Assembly (NCBI GenBank): GCA_963723515.1
Contig: CAVRQT010000002.1
Coordinates: 96,001-160,000 of the forward strand
Origin: Vulcanimicrobiota bacterium
Lineage (GTDB): Bacteria; Vulcanimicrobiota; Vulcanimicrobiia; Vulcanimicrobiales; Vulcanimicrobiaceae
Direction of reading: 5' to 3'
DNA length: 64,000 nucleotides
The notes under the pieces are model-generated. The model was not told the DNA's origin. It made no database searches and worked only from the letters and a program-made list of their open reading frames with translations. Of the stretch, positions 21,878 to 32,934 are shown piece after piece (position 1 is the stretch's first letter; every line of letters begins with the position of its first letter). A program made the position numbers and the translations under genes.

Positions 21878-23281
21878 CTAACTCTCCTGAACCGACCTGA
21901 GCATTCGCTGTGTAAGCTGCGGCTGCGCTGCTGTGCCCGCATAGTCGAACGGGCCAGCCCACTCGAGCTTCACATCGACAAAACGTCCAACCGCTGCGTC
22001 TCCCGAGAAGTAAATCCCTCCATCGACACCGGGCGCTTCGCCCATCGACCGGCCGTACCAGAGGGTTGCGCCGCCAAGTTGACGGCGCACCGGATCGGTC
22101 CGACGCAGCCGGCGTTGCTCTTCGGCAAGCACGCGCGCGGTGCTTCCGATGCGCCGCTCGCGCGCTCTTTGCGACGCTCGGCGCTGCGTTTCGCGTAGTT
22201 GGATCAACCGCCGCCGCTTGACGGAAGCTGGAATCTGTCGGGACAACCCAGCGGCGGGCGTACCGTCTTCGCGCGAGTAAGCAAAGAAGCCGACGCGATC
22301 GAGCTCCGCTCTTTCGATCCAAGCCGCTAAATGCTCGACATGCTCCTGCGTTTCACCCGGAAAACCGACGATGAAGGTGCTGCGCATCGTCAGCTCCGGA
22401 ATCCGCGCGCGAAAGTCTTCGATTAACTCCAGATAGCGATCACCGTTCGATGGCCGCTGCATATTTCGCAAGATGTGCGGATGGGTGTGCTGCAGCGGCA
22501 TATCGACATACTTGCAGACCTTCGGCAACGCCGCAATCGCATCGATCAATTCACGATCGACCGTTGCGGGGTAGAGGTAGAGCAAGCGAATCCACTCGAT
22601 TTTTTCGATATCGTGAAGCCGTTCGAGCAATCTGGCGAGGCCGCCCCGGCGGCAGCCGCGGTCGCGACCATACATCGACGTATCTTGGGCAATCAAGATC
22701 AATTCTTTGGCGCCGCCCTCGACGAGCGCCGCCGCCTCTTTGAGAATCGATTCCTCACTGCGGCTTTGAAACGCGCCACGCAATTGTGGAATGATGCAAA
22801 AGGTGCATGGGTGGTCGCAGCCTTCGGCAATCTTTAAATAGGCCGTTGCACGAGGCGTCGTAACCAGGCGCGGCAAGAAGTCGTGCTCCGGAGCTGCGTC
22901 GAGATGCAGCCGAATCGGCCGCTCCCCCGCGCGCACGTCCTCGAGAAGATCGACGATCCCGGCGTAAGCACCGGTACCGACCACTCCGTCGATCTCAGGA
23001 ACGAGCGCCTGAAGCTGCTCGCCAAAGCGTTGCGCTAAGCAACCCGCAACGATCAGTTGCTGGTCATTTCGTTTTCGCGCGGCGACCTCCAAGATCGTCT
23101 CCGTAGACTCTGCTTTTGCGGCATCGATGAACGCGCAGGTGTTGATGATGATTGCGTCCGCATCATCGTCGTCGGAGGTCAGCGCCCAATTTGCGCCCGC
23201 CAGCTGGGCCGCCATCACCTCGGTGTCGACGAGATTCTTCGCGCAGCCGAGGCTGACAAAACGAACCTTCGACTGCTTCAC
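21878..23281 (-). CDS. rimO: Ribosomal protein S12 methylthiotransferase RimO
   Basis: SLGCAKNLVDTE, NTCAFI, AYLKIAEGCDHPCTFCIIP, APGVDG. Confidence 0.95.
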   Translation of the reverse strand: MKQSKVRFVSLGCAKNLVDTEVMAAQLAGANWALTSDDDDADAIIINTCAFIDAAKAESTETILEVAARKRNDQQLIVAGCLAQRFGEQLQALVPEIDGVVGTGAYAGIVDLLEDVRAGERPIRLHLDAAPEHDFLPRLVTTPRATAYLKIAEGCDHPCTFCIIPQLRGAFQSRSEESILKEAAALVEGGAKELILIAQDTSMYGRDRGCRRGGLARLLERLHDIEKIEWIRLLYLYPATVDRELIDAIAALPKVCKYVDMPLQHTHPHILRNMQRPSNGDRYLELIEDFRARIPELTMRSTFIVGFPGETQEHVEHLAAWIERAELDRVGFFAYSREDGTPAAGLSRQIPASVKRRRLIQLRETQRRASQRARERRIGSTARVLAEEQRRLRRTDPVRRQLGGATLWYGRSMGEAPGVDGGIYFSGDAAVGRFVDVKLEWAGPFDYAGTAAQPQLTQRMLRSVQES

Positions 23282-23766
23282 CGGTAGTTGACGAACTGTA
23301 GCGGCAGCTCGAAGTCGAGCGCGCGTAAGGTTTGCTGGGCCTTTTGAAGATCGTCTTTGCTCTTCGACGAAACGCGGATCTGCTCGCCCTGGATTTGTGC
23401 GTTCACTTTGAGTTTAGTCGCCTTGATTGCCTCGATCAGCGGCTTACTCTTTTCCTTCGGTATGCCGCTGCGCATCGTAATGACGCGCCGCACGGTGTTC
23501 TGCGCCGCGGGCTCATCACTTCCCCACTCGAAGGCTTTGATCGAGACACCGCGCCGCACCAGTTTGCCCTGCACGATGTCGATGACATTGCGCATCTTGA
23601 GCTCATCATCGGAGACGATCGTAATTTCTTTGTCGGTGTCTTCTATGCTGGTCTTCGAATTCTTGAAATCGAATCGGCCCGCAATTTCTTTGCGAGCTTG
23701 ATTGAGCGCATTATCGAGCTCCTGTTGATCGATCTTCGAGATAACATCGAATGAGTATTCAGGCAA
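23278..23766 (-). CDS. yajQ: YajQ family nucleotide-binding protein
   Basis: SFDVISKID.QELDNALNQ, RFDFK, VNAQIQGEQIRVS, LPLQFVNYR. Confidence 0.95.
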   Translation of the reverse strand: MPEYSFDVISKIDQQELDNALNQARKEIAGRFDFKNSKTSIEDTDKEITIVSDDELKMRNVIDIVQGKLVRRGVSIKAFEWGSDEPAAQNTVRRVITMRSGIPKEKSKPLIEAIKATKLKVNAQIQGEQIRVSSKSKDDLQKAQQTLRALDFELPLQFVNYR

Positions 23767-23823
23767 AGTGGCTCCTAATACCGAAGAGCGGCATGACTGC
23801 AAAGCTATGATTGAGACGGTGCA

Positions 23824-24528
23824 CTAGAGGATAAAGTTGCGCTCGACGACGTCACCAGGACCGCCGAGCTTTCCCACCGGTTTTCCGTCGACTGCAAGAT
23901 CGACCCCGCCGGCATTTCCAATCCTCACCAATGCCGCACGTCCATGAAACGATTTCGCAGTACCGGCCGGAAAAGTACCTTCCATACTAACATTTCCGTC
24001 AATTGTGACGCGCACCCATGCGGGTGCTGAGATCCGCAAGGTCAGGGTGTTCGGCTGCCGTTGCGGCGTGGGCGACGCTGACGGGGCCGGAATACCGCTT
24101 TGCGACGCAGTCGGCAGAGGTGCGACGGCGACGTTTCGGATAGGGGTGTTACGGCGGAGCGTAGCGGCATTGTAGATGACAAATGCGATCAGGAAAATCG
24201 CAACCGCGCCCGCAATCCAGATCAACGGAGAGAGACCGCGGGGCGCTCGCTCCGCCGATTCAGCGGCATCTTCTCGCGTCGCCGGGATCGGCGTTGCGGG
24301 GAGAGTTCGATTGAATTCGGCAACCGCTTCTTCCGGATCGAGGGCGAGAAAGCGCGCATACGTCCGCAGGAATCCGCGAACATAGACCGGCGCGCCGATG
24401 GCGCGCCAGTTCTCCGCCTCGATTTCGGCGAGATAGACCGCTCGAATATGGATTTCTTCGGCGACCTCCGACAGCGAGAGGCTACGCGCTTCGCGCGCCG
24501 CCCGAAATTTTGCGCCGACGGGAGGCAT
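23824..24528 (-). CDS. rodZ: RodZ-like HTH/TM/DUF4115 protein
   Basis: N-terminal HTH with [15 protein letters not shown] helix, IGNAGGV. Confidence 0.85.
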   Translation of the reverse strand: MPPVGAKFRAAREARSLSLSEVAEEIHIRAVYLAEIEAENWRAIGAPVYVRGFLRTYARFLALDPEEAVAEFNRTLPATPIPATREDAAESAERAPRGLSPLIWIAGAVAIFLIAFVIYNAATLRRNTPIRNVAVAPLPTASQSGIPAPSASPTPQRQPNTLTLRISAPAWVRVTIDGNVSMEGTFPAGTAKSFHGRAALVRIGNAGGVDLAVDGKPVGKLGGPGDVVERNFIL

Positions 24529-24574
24529 GGATTTTGAGTTTGCGTCTCTACCCTGTTATCCTGTTCTCGTTATC

Positions 24575-25657
24575 GTGAGAAATCAACGCGTCATCGCTGC
24601 AATGAGCGGCGGAGTTGATTCCGCCGTTGCAGCCGGCTTGCTGCACGAAGCGGGATACGACGTCATCGGCGTCACGATGAAGATGTATTCGCCGAAGAAA
24701 GCGCCGCATGCGCGCTCGTGTTGCGGCAGCGACGACTTTGACGACGCACGCCGAAGCGCTGCAATGTTGGACATCCCGCACTACGTCTTGGATTTCGAAG
24801 ACGTATTTCGCCGAGGCGTGATCGAACGGTTCGTTGATGACTACTCGCACGGCCGTACGCCGAACCCATGCGTATCCTGTAACAACTTCGTCAAGCTTGG
24901 TACTCTGCGGACTTATGCCAAACAGCTCGGGGCGCGTTACATTGCGACCGGACACTATGCGCGCTTAGAACACGGTCGCGATGGTCCGCATCTCTACCGC
25001 GGGACACGTCTGAAAGATCAGGCGTATGCGCTCGCTCAATTGACGCCTGCTCAACTCGAGATGCTCTTGCTGCCGCTCGGCGCGTTAGACAAAGACACAA
25101 CACGCGCGCATGCGCGCCGGTTGGGCTTACCCGTTCATGACAAGATCGAGTCGCAAGATATTTGCTTTGTCGAAGGCGCCGATTATCGCGACATCCTCGC
25201 GAAATTTCGCCCCGATGCCGTCCGCGAAGGTGCCTTCGTAACGCCAAACGGCGAAGTTGTCGGAAGACACAGCGGCGTCGCAAATTTCACGATTGGACAA
25301 CGCCGCGGTTTGCCAAGCACATCGAGCGGCCCGCATTATGTCACGCAAATCGATAGCGCGAGCAACACAATTGTCATCGGTCGCGAAGATGAATTGTTTG
25401 CGAACCAGCTCTACGCTAACGAAGTGAACCTCATCCGGCCGGAACGGTTCGCGACGGGCTCTCAGACAGCGGTGCGCGCAATGGTCCGCTATCGCGCCGA
25501 GGCAGCGCCCGCGCTCGCGGTCGTCAACGCGAATGGGATGCTGCATCTGCGGTTTGACCGGCCGCAGCGCGCCGTTTCACCGGGCCAGCTGGTGGCACTC
25601 TTTGACGCTGACGGCGACGAAGTGCTCGGCGCGGCAACGATCTCCCAAGCGGCCTAA
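24575..25657 (+). CDS. mnmA: tRNA 2-thiouridine synthase MnmA
   Basis: [42 protein letters not shown]. Confidence 0.97.
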   Translation: MRNQRVIAAMSGGVDSAVAAGLLHEAGYDVIGVTMKMYSPKKAPHARSCCGSDDFDDARRSAAMLDIPHYVLDFEDVFRRGVIERFVDDYSHGRTPNPCVSCNNFVKLGTLRTYAKQLGARYIATGHYARLEHGRDGPHLYRGTRLKDQAYALAQLTPAQLEMLLLPLGALDKDTTRAHARRLGLPVHDKIESQDICFVEGADYRDILAKFRPDAVREGAFVTPNGEVVGRHSGVANFTIGQRRGLPSTSSGPHYVTQIDSASNTIVIGREDELFANQLYANEVNLIRPERFATGSQTAVRAMVRYRAEAAPALAVVNANGMLHLRFDRPQRAVSPGQLVALFDADGDEVLGAATISQAA

Positions 25658-25690
25658 ATTGATCGGGTTTGCGCGCAGGAGAGCGGCTTA

Positions 25691-26959
25691 GTGGACCACC
25701 GGCGGATTGTAGTCGCTGCGTTGCGGCTACTCTTCGGCGAACGGTGTGCGCGGGATTTCTCGGTACGGCTTTGGGACGGTACGACGTTGCCTGCGACCCG
25801 AGCAGCGCGTTTTACTATGTTGATCAACGAGCCCGGGGCGCTTCGAGTCGCGTTCAGGCCGCCGATCGATCTCAATGCGGGCCGTGCCTTCGTCTGCGGA
25901 CTCCTCGATTGCGAAGGCGACATCGAAGCCGGCATCGCCGAGCTTCAAACTGCTGCCGAGCGCTTTCCTAAACGGAAATTGCCGCAACTCTATGCGCTGC
26001 TGCTTAGGCTGCCGAAAGCGCAACCTCACGAACTGCGCGAGGCGCGTCTGGGTGGCCCGCTACACTCCATCAGTCGCGACCGCGCCGCCGTCGCATTCCA
26101 CTACGACCAACCCGTCGCATTTTATCGCGCGTTTTTGGATCGCGAACTCGTCTACTCGTGCGCGTATTTTGACGATGATATCACCTCGCTCGACGAGGCC
26201 CAAATTGCGAAGATCGACTATACGCTGCAGAAGCTCCGCCTGCGCGGGGGTGAGAAGCTGCTCGACATCGGTTGCGGCTGGGGAGCACTCGTGATTCGCG
26301 CGGTACAGAAATTCGGCGCTCGTGCGCTCGGAGTCACGCTGAGCACACGCCAGCACGCGGAAGCCAATCGCCGTATCACTGAATTGGGCCTCGCAGATCG
26401 AGCCGCTGTCGAGCTGCGTGACTACCGAGAAGTCACCGGGACCTTCGATAAGGTTGTGAGCCTCGGGATGTTCGAGCACGTCGGGCGAGCCAAACTCGCC
26501 CGCTACTTTAGCGCGGCCTTCGAAAGGTTGCGGCCGGGCGGGCTCTTTTTGAACCACGGAATCGCCGAACAAACCCCAAGGCGAACGGGCGGAAGGGCAC
26601 GCGGTTTCATGGCGCGTTTCATCTTTCCCGACGGCGAGCTTGTCGCGGTATCTGATGCGCTGCAGATCGCCGAACGGGTGGGCTTTGAAGTGCGCGACGT
26701 CGAGAACTTGCGCGAGCATTACGTTCGAACGCTGCGCTGCTGGGTGCAGAATATCGAACGCAACTACGATGCCGTCCTCGCCAGCGCCGGAGTAGCGTCA
26801 TACCGCGCTTGGCGCCTCTACATGGCAGGTAGCGCACGCGGTTTTTCCGTGGGCCGCCTGGGGTTATTTCAAGCCTTGCTCGCTAAACCGACCGCTGCCG
26901 GCAGCGTCTCTATCCCGGCGACGCGGCGCGATCTTTACAAAAGCGCGCCCGCCGTTTAG
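25691..26959 (+). CDS. cfa: Cyclopropane-fatty-acyl-phospholipid synthase family protein
   Basis: FHYD, YSCAYF, LLDIGCGWG, GMFEHVG, LREHYVRTL, WRLYMA. Confidence 0.9.
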   Translation: MDHRRIVVAALRLLFGERCARDFSVRLWDGTTLPATRAARFTMLINEPGALRVAFRPPIDLNAGRAFVCGLLDCEGDIEAGIAELQTAAERFPKRKLPQLYALLLRLPKAQPHELREARLGGPLHSISRDRAAVAFHYDQPVAFYRAFLDRELVYSCAYFDDDITSLDEAQIAKIDYTLQKLRLRGGEKLLDIGCGWGALVIRAVQKFGARALGVTLSTRQHAEANRRITELGLADRAAVELRDYREVTGTFDKVVSLGMFEHVGRAKLARYFSAAFERLRPGGLFLNHGIAEQTPRRTGGRARGFMARFIFPDGELVAVSDALQIAERVGFEVRDVENLREHYVRTLRCWVQNIERNYDAVLASAGVASYRAWRLYMAGSARGFSVGRLGLFQALLAKPTAAGSVSIPATRRDLYKSAPAV

Positions 26960-26981
26960 CGTCGTTGCCCGGCGGCGCTTC

Positions 26982-28067
26982 TTACCCGGCGGTTGCGAGC
27001 GCAACGTCGTCGCGCAAGTTCCAGTACGTGTCGCGGATAACGGGCCGGAAGCCGGCGTCGATGATGAGCTCTTCCAGTTGTTTGCGGGTCGCCTCGTTCG
27101 TCGAGCCGGCATCATGGACCACCTGCTCCTCGATGATCGTGCCGCCCATGTCGTCGCAGCCGTAAAAGAGCGCCAATTGCCCTAACTTCACTCCAGGCGT
27201 CAGCCACGACGCCTGCAAATGCGCAAAGTTGTCGAGGTAAAGACGAGAGATCGCCAGCATGCGCAGATAATCGAGACCGCTTGCTTCCCGGCCGCGTAAC
27301 GGCGTTTTGAACGGCACGTAATACCACGGGATGAAGGCGGTGAAGCCGCCGGTCTCATCTTGGAGGTCGCGCAACACCGCCAAATGTTCAATGCGCTCTT
27401 CGTGCGTTTCGATCGACCCGAACATCATCGTTGCGGTCGTCGGCATGCCGAGCCGCTGCGCTTCGCGCATCACGCCGAGCCACTCATGCGGCTTGACCTT
27501 GCGCGCGCTGATGCGCTTGCGCACGCGCTCGACTAAAATCTCCGCGCCGGCGCCAGGCAACGATTTCATGCCGGCTTGCTTCAGGCGCACGAGCACTTCG
27601 CGCGTCGTCATCTCCTCAATGTGCGCGAGTCCGACGATCTCCGAAACGCTGAGCGAGTGGATGTCTGCGTGCGGATATTCGCGGTGGACGCGCTCGAAGA
27701 GTCGCTCGAACCACTCGAGCCGGAGCGCCGGGTTGACGCCGCCTTGAATCATGATCTGCGTCGCGCCCTGGTCCGCCGCGAACTTGACACGCTCCAGCAC
27801 CTGATCGTGCGTCATCGTTTCGCCTTCCGCATGGCCTTCCGGCCGGAAGAAGGCGCAAAAGGTGCAGTGGACGTTGCAGACATTGGTGTAGTTGATCGTC
27901 GTGTCGATCACATAGGTGACGCGGTCGGCGGGGTGCATTTGCAGGCGGCGCGAGTGCGCCGCAGCACCGAGCTCGTGGAGCGGTGCTTCCTTATATATAC
28001 GCACTCCCTGCTCGAACGAAAGACGGTCACCGGCGGCGGCCGCATCCAAGAGATCAGCGAGCGACAC
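26982..28067 (-). CDS. mqnC: Cyclic dehypoxanthine futalosine synthase
   Basis: NYTNVCNVHCTFCAF, IMIQGG, PGAGAEIL, TATMMFG, QDETGGFTAFIPW. Confidence 0.9.
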   Translation of the reverse strand: MSLADLLDAAAAGDRLSFEQGVRIYKEAPLHELGAAAHSRRLQMHPADRVTYVIDTTINYTNVCNVHCTFCAFFRPEGHAEGETMTHDQVLERVKFAADQGATQIMIQGGVNPALRLEWFERLFERVHREYPHADIHSLSVSEIVGLAHIEEMTTREVLVRLKQAGMKSLPGAGAEILVERVRKRISARKVKPHEWLGVMREAQRLGMPTTATMMFGSIETHEERIEHLAVLRDLQDETGGFTAFIPWYYVPFKTPLRGREASGLDYLRMLAISRLYLDNFAHLQASWLTPGVKLGQLALFYGCDDMGGTIIEEQVVHDAGSTNEATRKQLEELIIDAGFRPVIRDTYWNLRDDVALATAG

Positions 28068-28888
28068 TGGCTACCTCTTCGCCAATGTCCGGCACCCGTT
28101 CGATCTCGCCCATCGCCTGGAGCTCGGTCCAATACCGCATCAGGCCGCGCGCGCGCACTCCTGTCCAGCTTAAATTTCAACGCATCATAGTAGAAGTCGT
28201 AGAAGCCGTCCGGCCGCGGCCGTATCCGCTGCGCCGCGGCGGCGACGCGCTCGAGGTTGGCGAGTCCCCAATCGCGTGCTCGGAGAAGCGCGTTCAAGCA
28301 ATCGTTGACCTCGTGCGATCGCGTTTCACAGACGTCCCTGCGCGCAGCCCAAACCGCGAAGACGCTCTCCTCACCGGTCCAGTCTCGCCATAGACGGCCG
28401 AGATCGTAGACGTTCTCCGCTTCAAAGATGAAGCGTGCATCGATCGCACTATCGCCGATCAGCAACGCCGGCTTACCCGCCCGAGCCGCGTTGAGCGGTC
28501 CATGCGTTCGCCGATACGTCGCTCGAACGCCGTAGTGTCGCAGGAGCAAGATGCGCAACAATCCCACCGCGCTGGCCGATTCATCGGTGAGCGCTATCGT
28601 TGCGCCGTCCAGCCCCGATGGGGGCGTCGGGGAGACGAGCACAACAGAGATCACATCATCTCGCGCACCGATGCAGAGTTCCGGAAGCATGACCAGCTCA
28701 TCCGCATGCTTCGCGAGCGCAAATGCGCTGATTGGGCTGAAATCTAGCTTGCCCTCAAGCAGCATCGCGTTCAATTTCGAAGGTACGTCGCTGTGCAGCG
28801 TCCCGGGATAAGCGAGAACGCCCTCATCGAACGCCGCGTAGATCGCGAGATCGTTCGTGTAGGCGATGCGCCCGCAGCGCAACGGCAT
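28054..28888 (-). CDS. mqnA: Chorismate dehydratase MqnA; frameshift near the C-terminus
   Basis: GRIAYTN, PSKLN, VISV, LLIGDSA, DLGRLW, VFAVWA; lies between mqnE and mqnC. Confidence 0.88.
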
Positions 28889-30024
28889 TATATTAGGGCC
28901 ATCTCAGCTTCAGGCTTCCAATCGAACGCAAACTCCTCGTAGGTAGAATTGCGCCGCACCGGCTCATATCCGGCTTCTTCGATCAACCGGCGAAACTCGC
29001 GATCGTCGACATATTGTCCCGACTGCGTGCCTGCACTGTGGTAAATGCGCTCCTCATCGGTGCTGCCGTGGGTGCCGTCCATATCATCGGCACCGAAATC
29101 GAGCGCGACTTGGCAGACCTTCAGGCCTTGAATCATCCAGTACGCCTTGATGTGGTCGAAGTTGTGCAACATCAATCGCCCAACCGCAAACATCCGGATA
29201 TCATCCAAACCGGTCGTCCATCCGCAGTAACTCAGTTCGTTGCCGTCCGGGTGAAACGCCAGTGGAATGAACGCATTGTATCCCGGTGAGCGCGCTTGGC
29301 TTTCACGCAGCCGCACGAGGTGATCGAGCCGCTCCTCGAGCGTCTCGATCGTGCCGTAGAGCAGCGTTGCATTTGAGGCGATGCCTTGGCGATGCGCCTC
29401 TTCATGAATTTCAAGCCACTGTTCGGCCGTGACCTTATTCGGACAGATCTGTTTGCGAACGCGCTCGGCAAAGACTTCCGCTCCGCCGCCGTTGATGTTA
29501 TCCAGGCCGGCGGCGCGCAACTCGGCGAGCAATACTGCATACGTCGCCCGATGACGGCGCGCCATGTAGTCGATTTCAGCGGCGGTGAACAGCGAAAGCT
29601 GAACGTGCGGCAGCTTCTCTTTAAACCGGCGCATCAGCGGCAGCCAATAGTCGAGCGAAAGCTGACGCGGATCGTGGCCGCCGACGATATGAAGCTGATT
29701 GAAGTTGGTACCGGTTTCGAGCGCTTTGGCCATCACTTCGTCCGCCGACATCCGGATCGCCCTCTTGGCTTCTTTGAATTCATCCGCCGCAAAAGAGCAA
29801 AACCGGCAGCCGGCATAGCAGACGTTTGTTGAATTGATGTAACGGTTCAGGACGTAGAAAACTTTTCGTCCGCTCTTTCGCAATTTCGCTTCGCGCGCTA
29901 GTCGGCCGAGCGTATGAAGATCCGCCGTCCGCAAAAGCGTGAGCCCGTCTTCGATTGAAAGCGGGATGCCTTCTTCGACTTTATGTTCGATCGGCAGCAG
30001 CGCGCCATCCGCAATCACAGCCAT
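28888..30024 (-). CDS. mqnE: Aminodeoxyfutalosine synthase MqnE
   Basis: NSTNVCYAGCRFCSF, LHIVGG, GGGAE, NATLLYG, FIPLAFHP, HIKAYW. Confidence 0.9.
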   Translation of the reverse strand: MAVIADGALLPIEHKVEEGIPLSIEDGLTLLRTADLHTLGRLAREAKLRKSGRKVFYVLNRYINSTNVCYAGCRFCSFAADEFKEAKRAIRMSADEVMAKALETGTNFNQLHIVGGHDPRQLSLDYWLPLMRRFKEKLPHVQLSLFTAAEIDYMARRHRATYAVLLAELRAAGLDNINGGGAEVFAERVRKQICPNKVTAEQWLEIHEEAHRQGIASNATLLYGTIETLEERLDHLVRLRESQARSPGYNAFIPLAFHPDGNELSYCGWTTGLDDIRMFAVGRLMLHNFDHIKAYWMIQGLKVCQVALDFGADDMDGTHGSTDEERIYHSAGTQSGQYVDDREFRRLIEEAGYEPVRRNSTYEEFAFDWKPEAEMALI

Positions 30025-30053
30025 GGCGCCCTACCTTTAGAGAGAGTGCGCCT

Positions 30054-30713
30054 TCAGTCCCCGAGGAAGCCGGGGAAAAGCTCGATCCGCAGCACGAGAC
30101 AGAGTGCCAGCGCGAGGTTGATCGCGGTGAATCCGAGTAAGAAGCCGCCCGCGAGATCGCTCGGATAATGCGCGCCCAAGGCAAGCCGCGCCCAGTAGAT
30201 CGCCGCGACCAAGAGCGCAAGCGCGCAGGCGAAGATCGCGCGCGCCTTCCCCGTCAGGTCACTCTGTAAGATAAGCCAGAACCAAAAACCGTAGAAAGCG
30301 ACGGCGAGCGTCGCGTGCGTGCTGGGATAAGACGCCGCCGTTTCGTGTTTGACGACCCATGCGAGCGGCCGCGCGCGCATGAACGTGCGCTGAAAGAGAT
30401 CCGAAGCGCCCCACGCGACCAACAGCGTCACGATCGTCACCGCGACGCGAGCGCGCCAAGCCGGAAAGACAAGCGCCGCGATGACCAGCACCAAGCACAA
30501 CGGCATGAGCCAGTAGCCGTAGAGCGTCCATGTGAGAATCCACGCGATGAGATCGCTGTGCCCGACCAAGGCTTGGGCCGCACGATCGAAATCAACCGGC
30601 GGACGATGCGAGACGAGCATTCCGAGAGTTAGGAAGAGCGCGTAAGCAATGATCGCGCTGATTAAGGGGCGCGCCGCAGCGCGTGCGATCGGTCCGCTAG
30701 GAGCCGGTCGCAA
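30054..30713 (-). CDS. PAP2 family phosphatase (start uncertain)
   Basis: RARP, SYPSTH, ARLALGAHYPSD motifs with TM helices. Confidence 0.88.
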   Translation of the reverse strand: MRPAPSGPIARAAARPLISAIIAYALFLTLGMLVSHRPPVDFDRAAQALVGHSDLIAWILTWTLYGYWLMPLCLVLVIAALVFPAWRARVAVTIVTLLVAWGASDLFQRTFMRARPLAWVVKHETAASYPSTHATLAVAFYGFWFWLILQSDLTGKARAIFACALALLVAAIYWARLALGAHYPSDLAGGFLLGFTAINLALALCLVLRIELFPGFLGD

Positions 30714-32898
30714 ACAAGTCTTCTTGGATGTTCTTCGTGAGCCGCTGCGAGATCGTCTCCAATTCCGGTAAGCCGATCAGGATGCGCCGCGGTTTTGTGC
30801 CTTCGTGTGGGCCGACGATGTTGAACTCTTCCAATTGCCGCATCAAACGCACAGCGCGTGGATGTCCGATCGAAAATTGCGATTGCAACTGCGCGGTTGA
30901 CGCGTAATTCATTTCAATGATGAACTTCGCGGCCTCGTAGCAGAGCGGATCGAGATTCTTCGTCAAGCTTTCATCGTCCGAAATCGGCGTGACATCGACA
31001 TCGAGCAGGTTGTCCGGCCGGCCTTGCTTCTTCCAGAAGTCGACGAGGCGCGCGATCTCACTGCCGGTGATCAATGCGCCTTGGGCTCGAATCGGCTTCG
31101 GCGAATCGATCGGCAGATACAACATGTCGCCGCGGCCGAGCAAACGTTCTGCGCCCGCCATGTCAAGAATCGTCCGCGAATCGACCTGCGAGCTCGTGGC
31201 AAATGCGATGCGAGATGGAATGTTGGCCTTAATGATGCCGGTGATCACGTCAACGGATGGCCGTTGCGTTGCGACGGCGAGATGGATGCCGGTGGCTCTT
31301 GCAAGTTGCGCCAGACGGCAAATCATTGTTTCAACCTTGGCAGGCGCGACCATCATCAGATCGGCCAGCTCGTCGATCGCAATGACGACGTAGGGCAGTT
31401 TCTCGTCGGGATACTTTGCGTTGTATTCCTCGATCTTGCGCACGCCGGCTTTCGCAAAACGCTCGTAACGCTCGTCCATCACCTTGGTCATCTCAAAGAG
31501 AGCGCCGGCGGCAAGGCGCGGATCCGTGATAACCTCCTTGATCAGGTGCGGAATACCATCGTAAACGGCGAGCTCGACGCGCTTTGGATCGATCATCAAT
31601 AACTGCACTTGATCGGGCGTTGCGGAGACGAGCAGCGACGCGATGATGCAGTTGAGACAGACGCTCTTGCCGCTTCCGGTTGCACCCGCGATGAGCAGAT
31701 GCGGCATTCTTGCGAGATCGCCAAAGACGGGGCGGCCGGTGATGTCTTTGCCGAGCGCCATCAAGAGCGGCGGAATGACCCCGCGATTCGGCAGCGCCTC
31801 CAGAATTTCGCGCACCGCAACGATGGAAATCGTCGCGTTCGGAACTTCGATCCCGACCGCAGATTTGCCGGGAATCGGCGCCTCGATCCGCACGCTCGTG
31901 GCCGCTAAGGCAAGCGCGAGGTCGTCGGCAAGCGACGATATTTTCGAAATCTTGACGCCGCGTTCAGGGCGCAGCTCGTACCGTGTGATCGACGGACCGC
32001 GCTCGATGTGCGTCACCGTGGCGCCGACGCCGAACGATCCAAGCGTATCCTCCAAGACGTGCGCTCGGCTCGAATCGTCACTGATTTGCGCTTGCGGCGG
32101 ATCGAACAGCGCAAGGTCGGGAAGGCGATATTGGCGAGAACCGGGCACGGCCGGTTCGTAGTCACCGGCGTCTTCTTGTAAGCTTTCGCCGACGGCTATT
32201 TCATCGTCAACATCACGTTCGTCGGCCGCATCTTCTTCTTGCACGATTTCGAGAGCGCGAGAAGGCTCCGGCGGCCGCTCAAATGCCGGCACGAGCGGCG
32301 ACGGCTCAATTGTCGCGGAGGTCAGGCGTGCATCTTGCGATTCCGGCAACGCGAAAGCTTCTCGGATGCTCTTGTGGCCCTCCGGTAAGGCGAAGCGAAC
32401 GTTCCAGCGCGGAATCCGAATGCGCCGCAGCTGCATCACGCACCAGCCGATCACTTTCTTGACGGAAACTTCCGTCAGCCACACCGTCAAGAGCAGTGCG
32501 ATCAGCACCAGCACGACGCGCGCACCAGCGATGCCAAGCAACGAGCGTAAACCGTCCCAAATGTGGGAGCCGATCGCTCCGCCGCGACGCGCGAACGCCG
32601 CATCGATCAACAAGAAATAGCTCAGCGCTGCAAGCCCAAAGGTCGCAATCAACCGCGGAACGTTGATTTCTAGGAAGACGATTGCGGCGCAAAGTGCGAC
32701 GAGCAGAACAAAGAGCGGCGCGGCATTACCGAAGAGCGCATGCAATGCGTTTGCAACGCCGCGTCCAACGACGCCGGCATGCGCCGCTGGAACGATGAGC
32801 GCGATTCCTAAGAGGACGGCTAGGCCGAGTGCGGCAATGCCCGCAATCTCGTAGTTCCAACGCGCTTTCGCGGTCGCCTTGCGGCGTACGCGTGCCAT
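30697..32898 (-). CDS. ftsK: DNA translocase FtsK/SpoIIIE
   Basis: N-terminal TMs, RIEAPIPGKS, MPHLLIAGATGSGKS, IDELADLM, ATQRPSVDV, gamma domain. Confidence 0.97.
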   Translation of the reverse strand: MARVRRKATAKARWNYEIAGIAALGLAVLLGIALIVPAAHAGVVGRGVANALHALFGNAAPLFVLLVALCAAIVFLEINVPRLIATFGLAALSYFLLIDAAFARRGGAIGSHIWDGLRSLLGIAGARVVLVLIALLLTVWLTEVSVKKVIGWCVMQLRRIRIPRWNVRFALPEGHKSIREAFALPESQDARLTSATIEPSPLVPAFERPPEPSRALEIVQEEDAADERDVDDEIAVGESLQEDAGDYEPAVPGSRQYRLPDLALFDPPQAQISDDSSRAHVLEDTLGSFGVGATVTHIERGPSITRYELRPERGVKISKISSLADDLALALAATSVRIEAPIPGKSAVGIEVPNATISIVAVREILEALPNRGVIPPLLMALGKDITGRPVFGDLARMPHLLIAGATGSGKSVCLNCIIASLLVSATPDQVQLLMIDPKRVELAVYDGIPHLIKEVITDPRLAAGALFEMTKVMDERYERFAKAGVRKIEEYNAKYPDEKLPYVVIAIDELADLMMVAPAKVETMICRLAQLARATGIHLAVATQRPSVDVITGIIKANIPSRIAFATSSQVDSRTILDMAGAERLLGRGDMLYLPIDSPKPIRAQGALITGSEIARLVDFWKKQGRPDNLLDVDVTPISDDESLTKNLDPLCYEAAKFIIEMNYASTAQLQSQFSIGHPRAVRLMRQLEEFNIVGPHEGTKPRRILIGLPELETISQRLTKNIQEDLFATGS

Positions 32899-32934
32899 GG
32901 GTTGCTTTTCTTCGTCATAGAGACAGGAGTTCTT

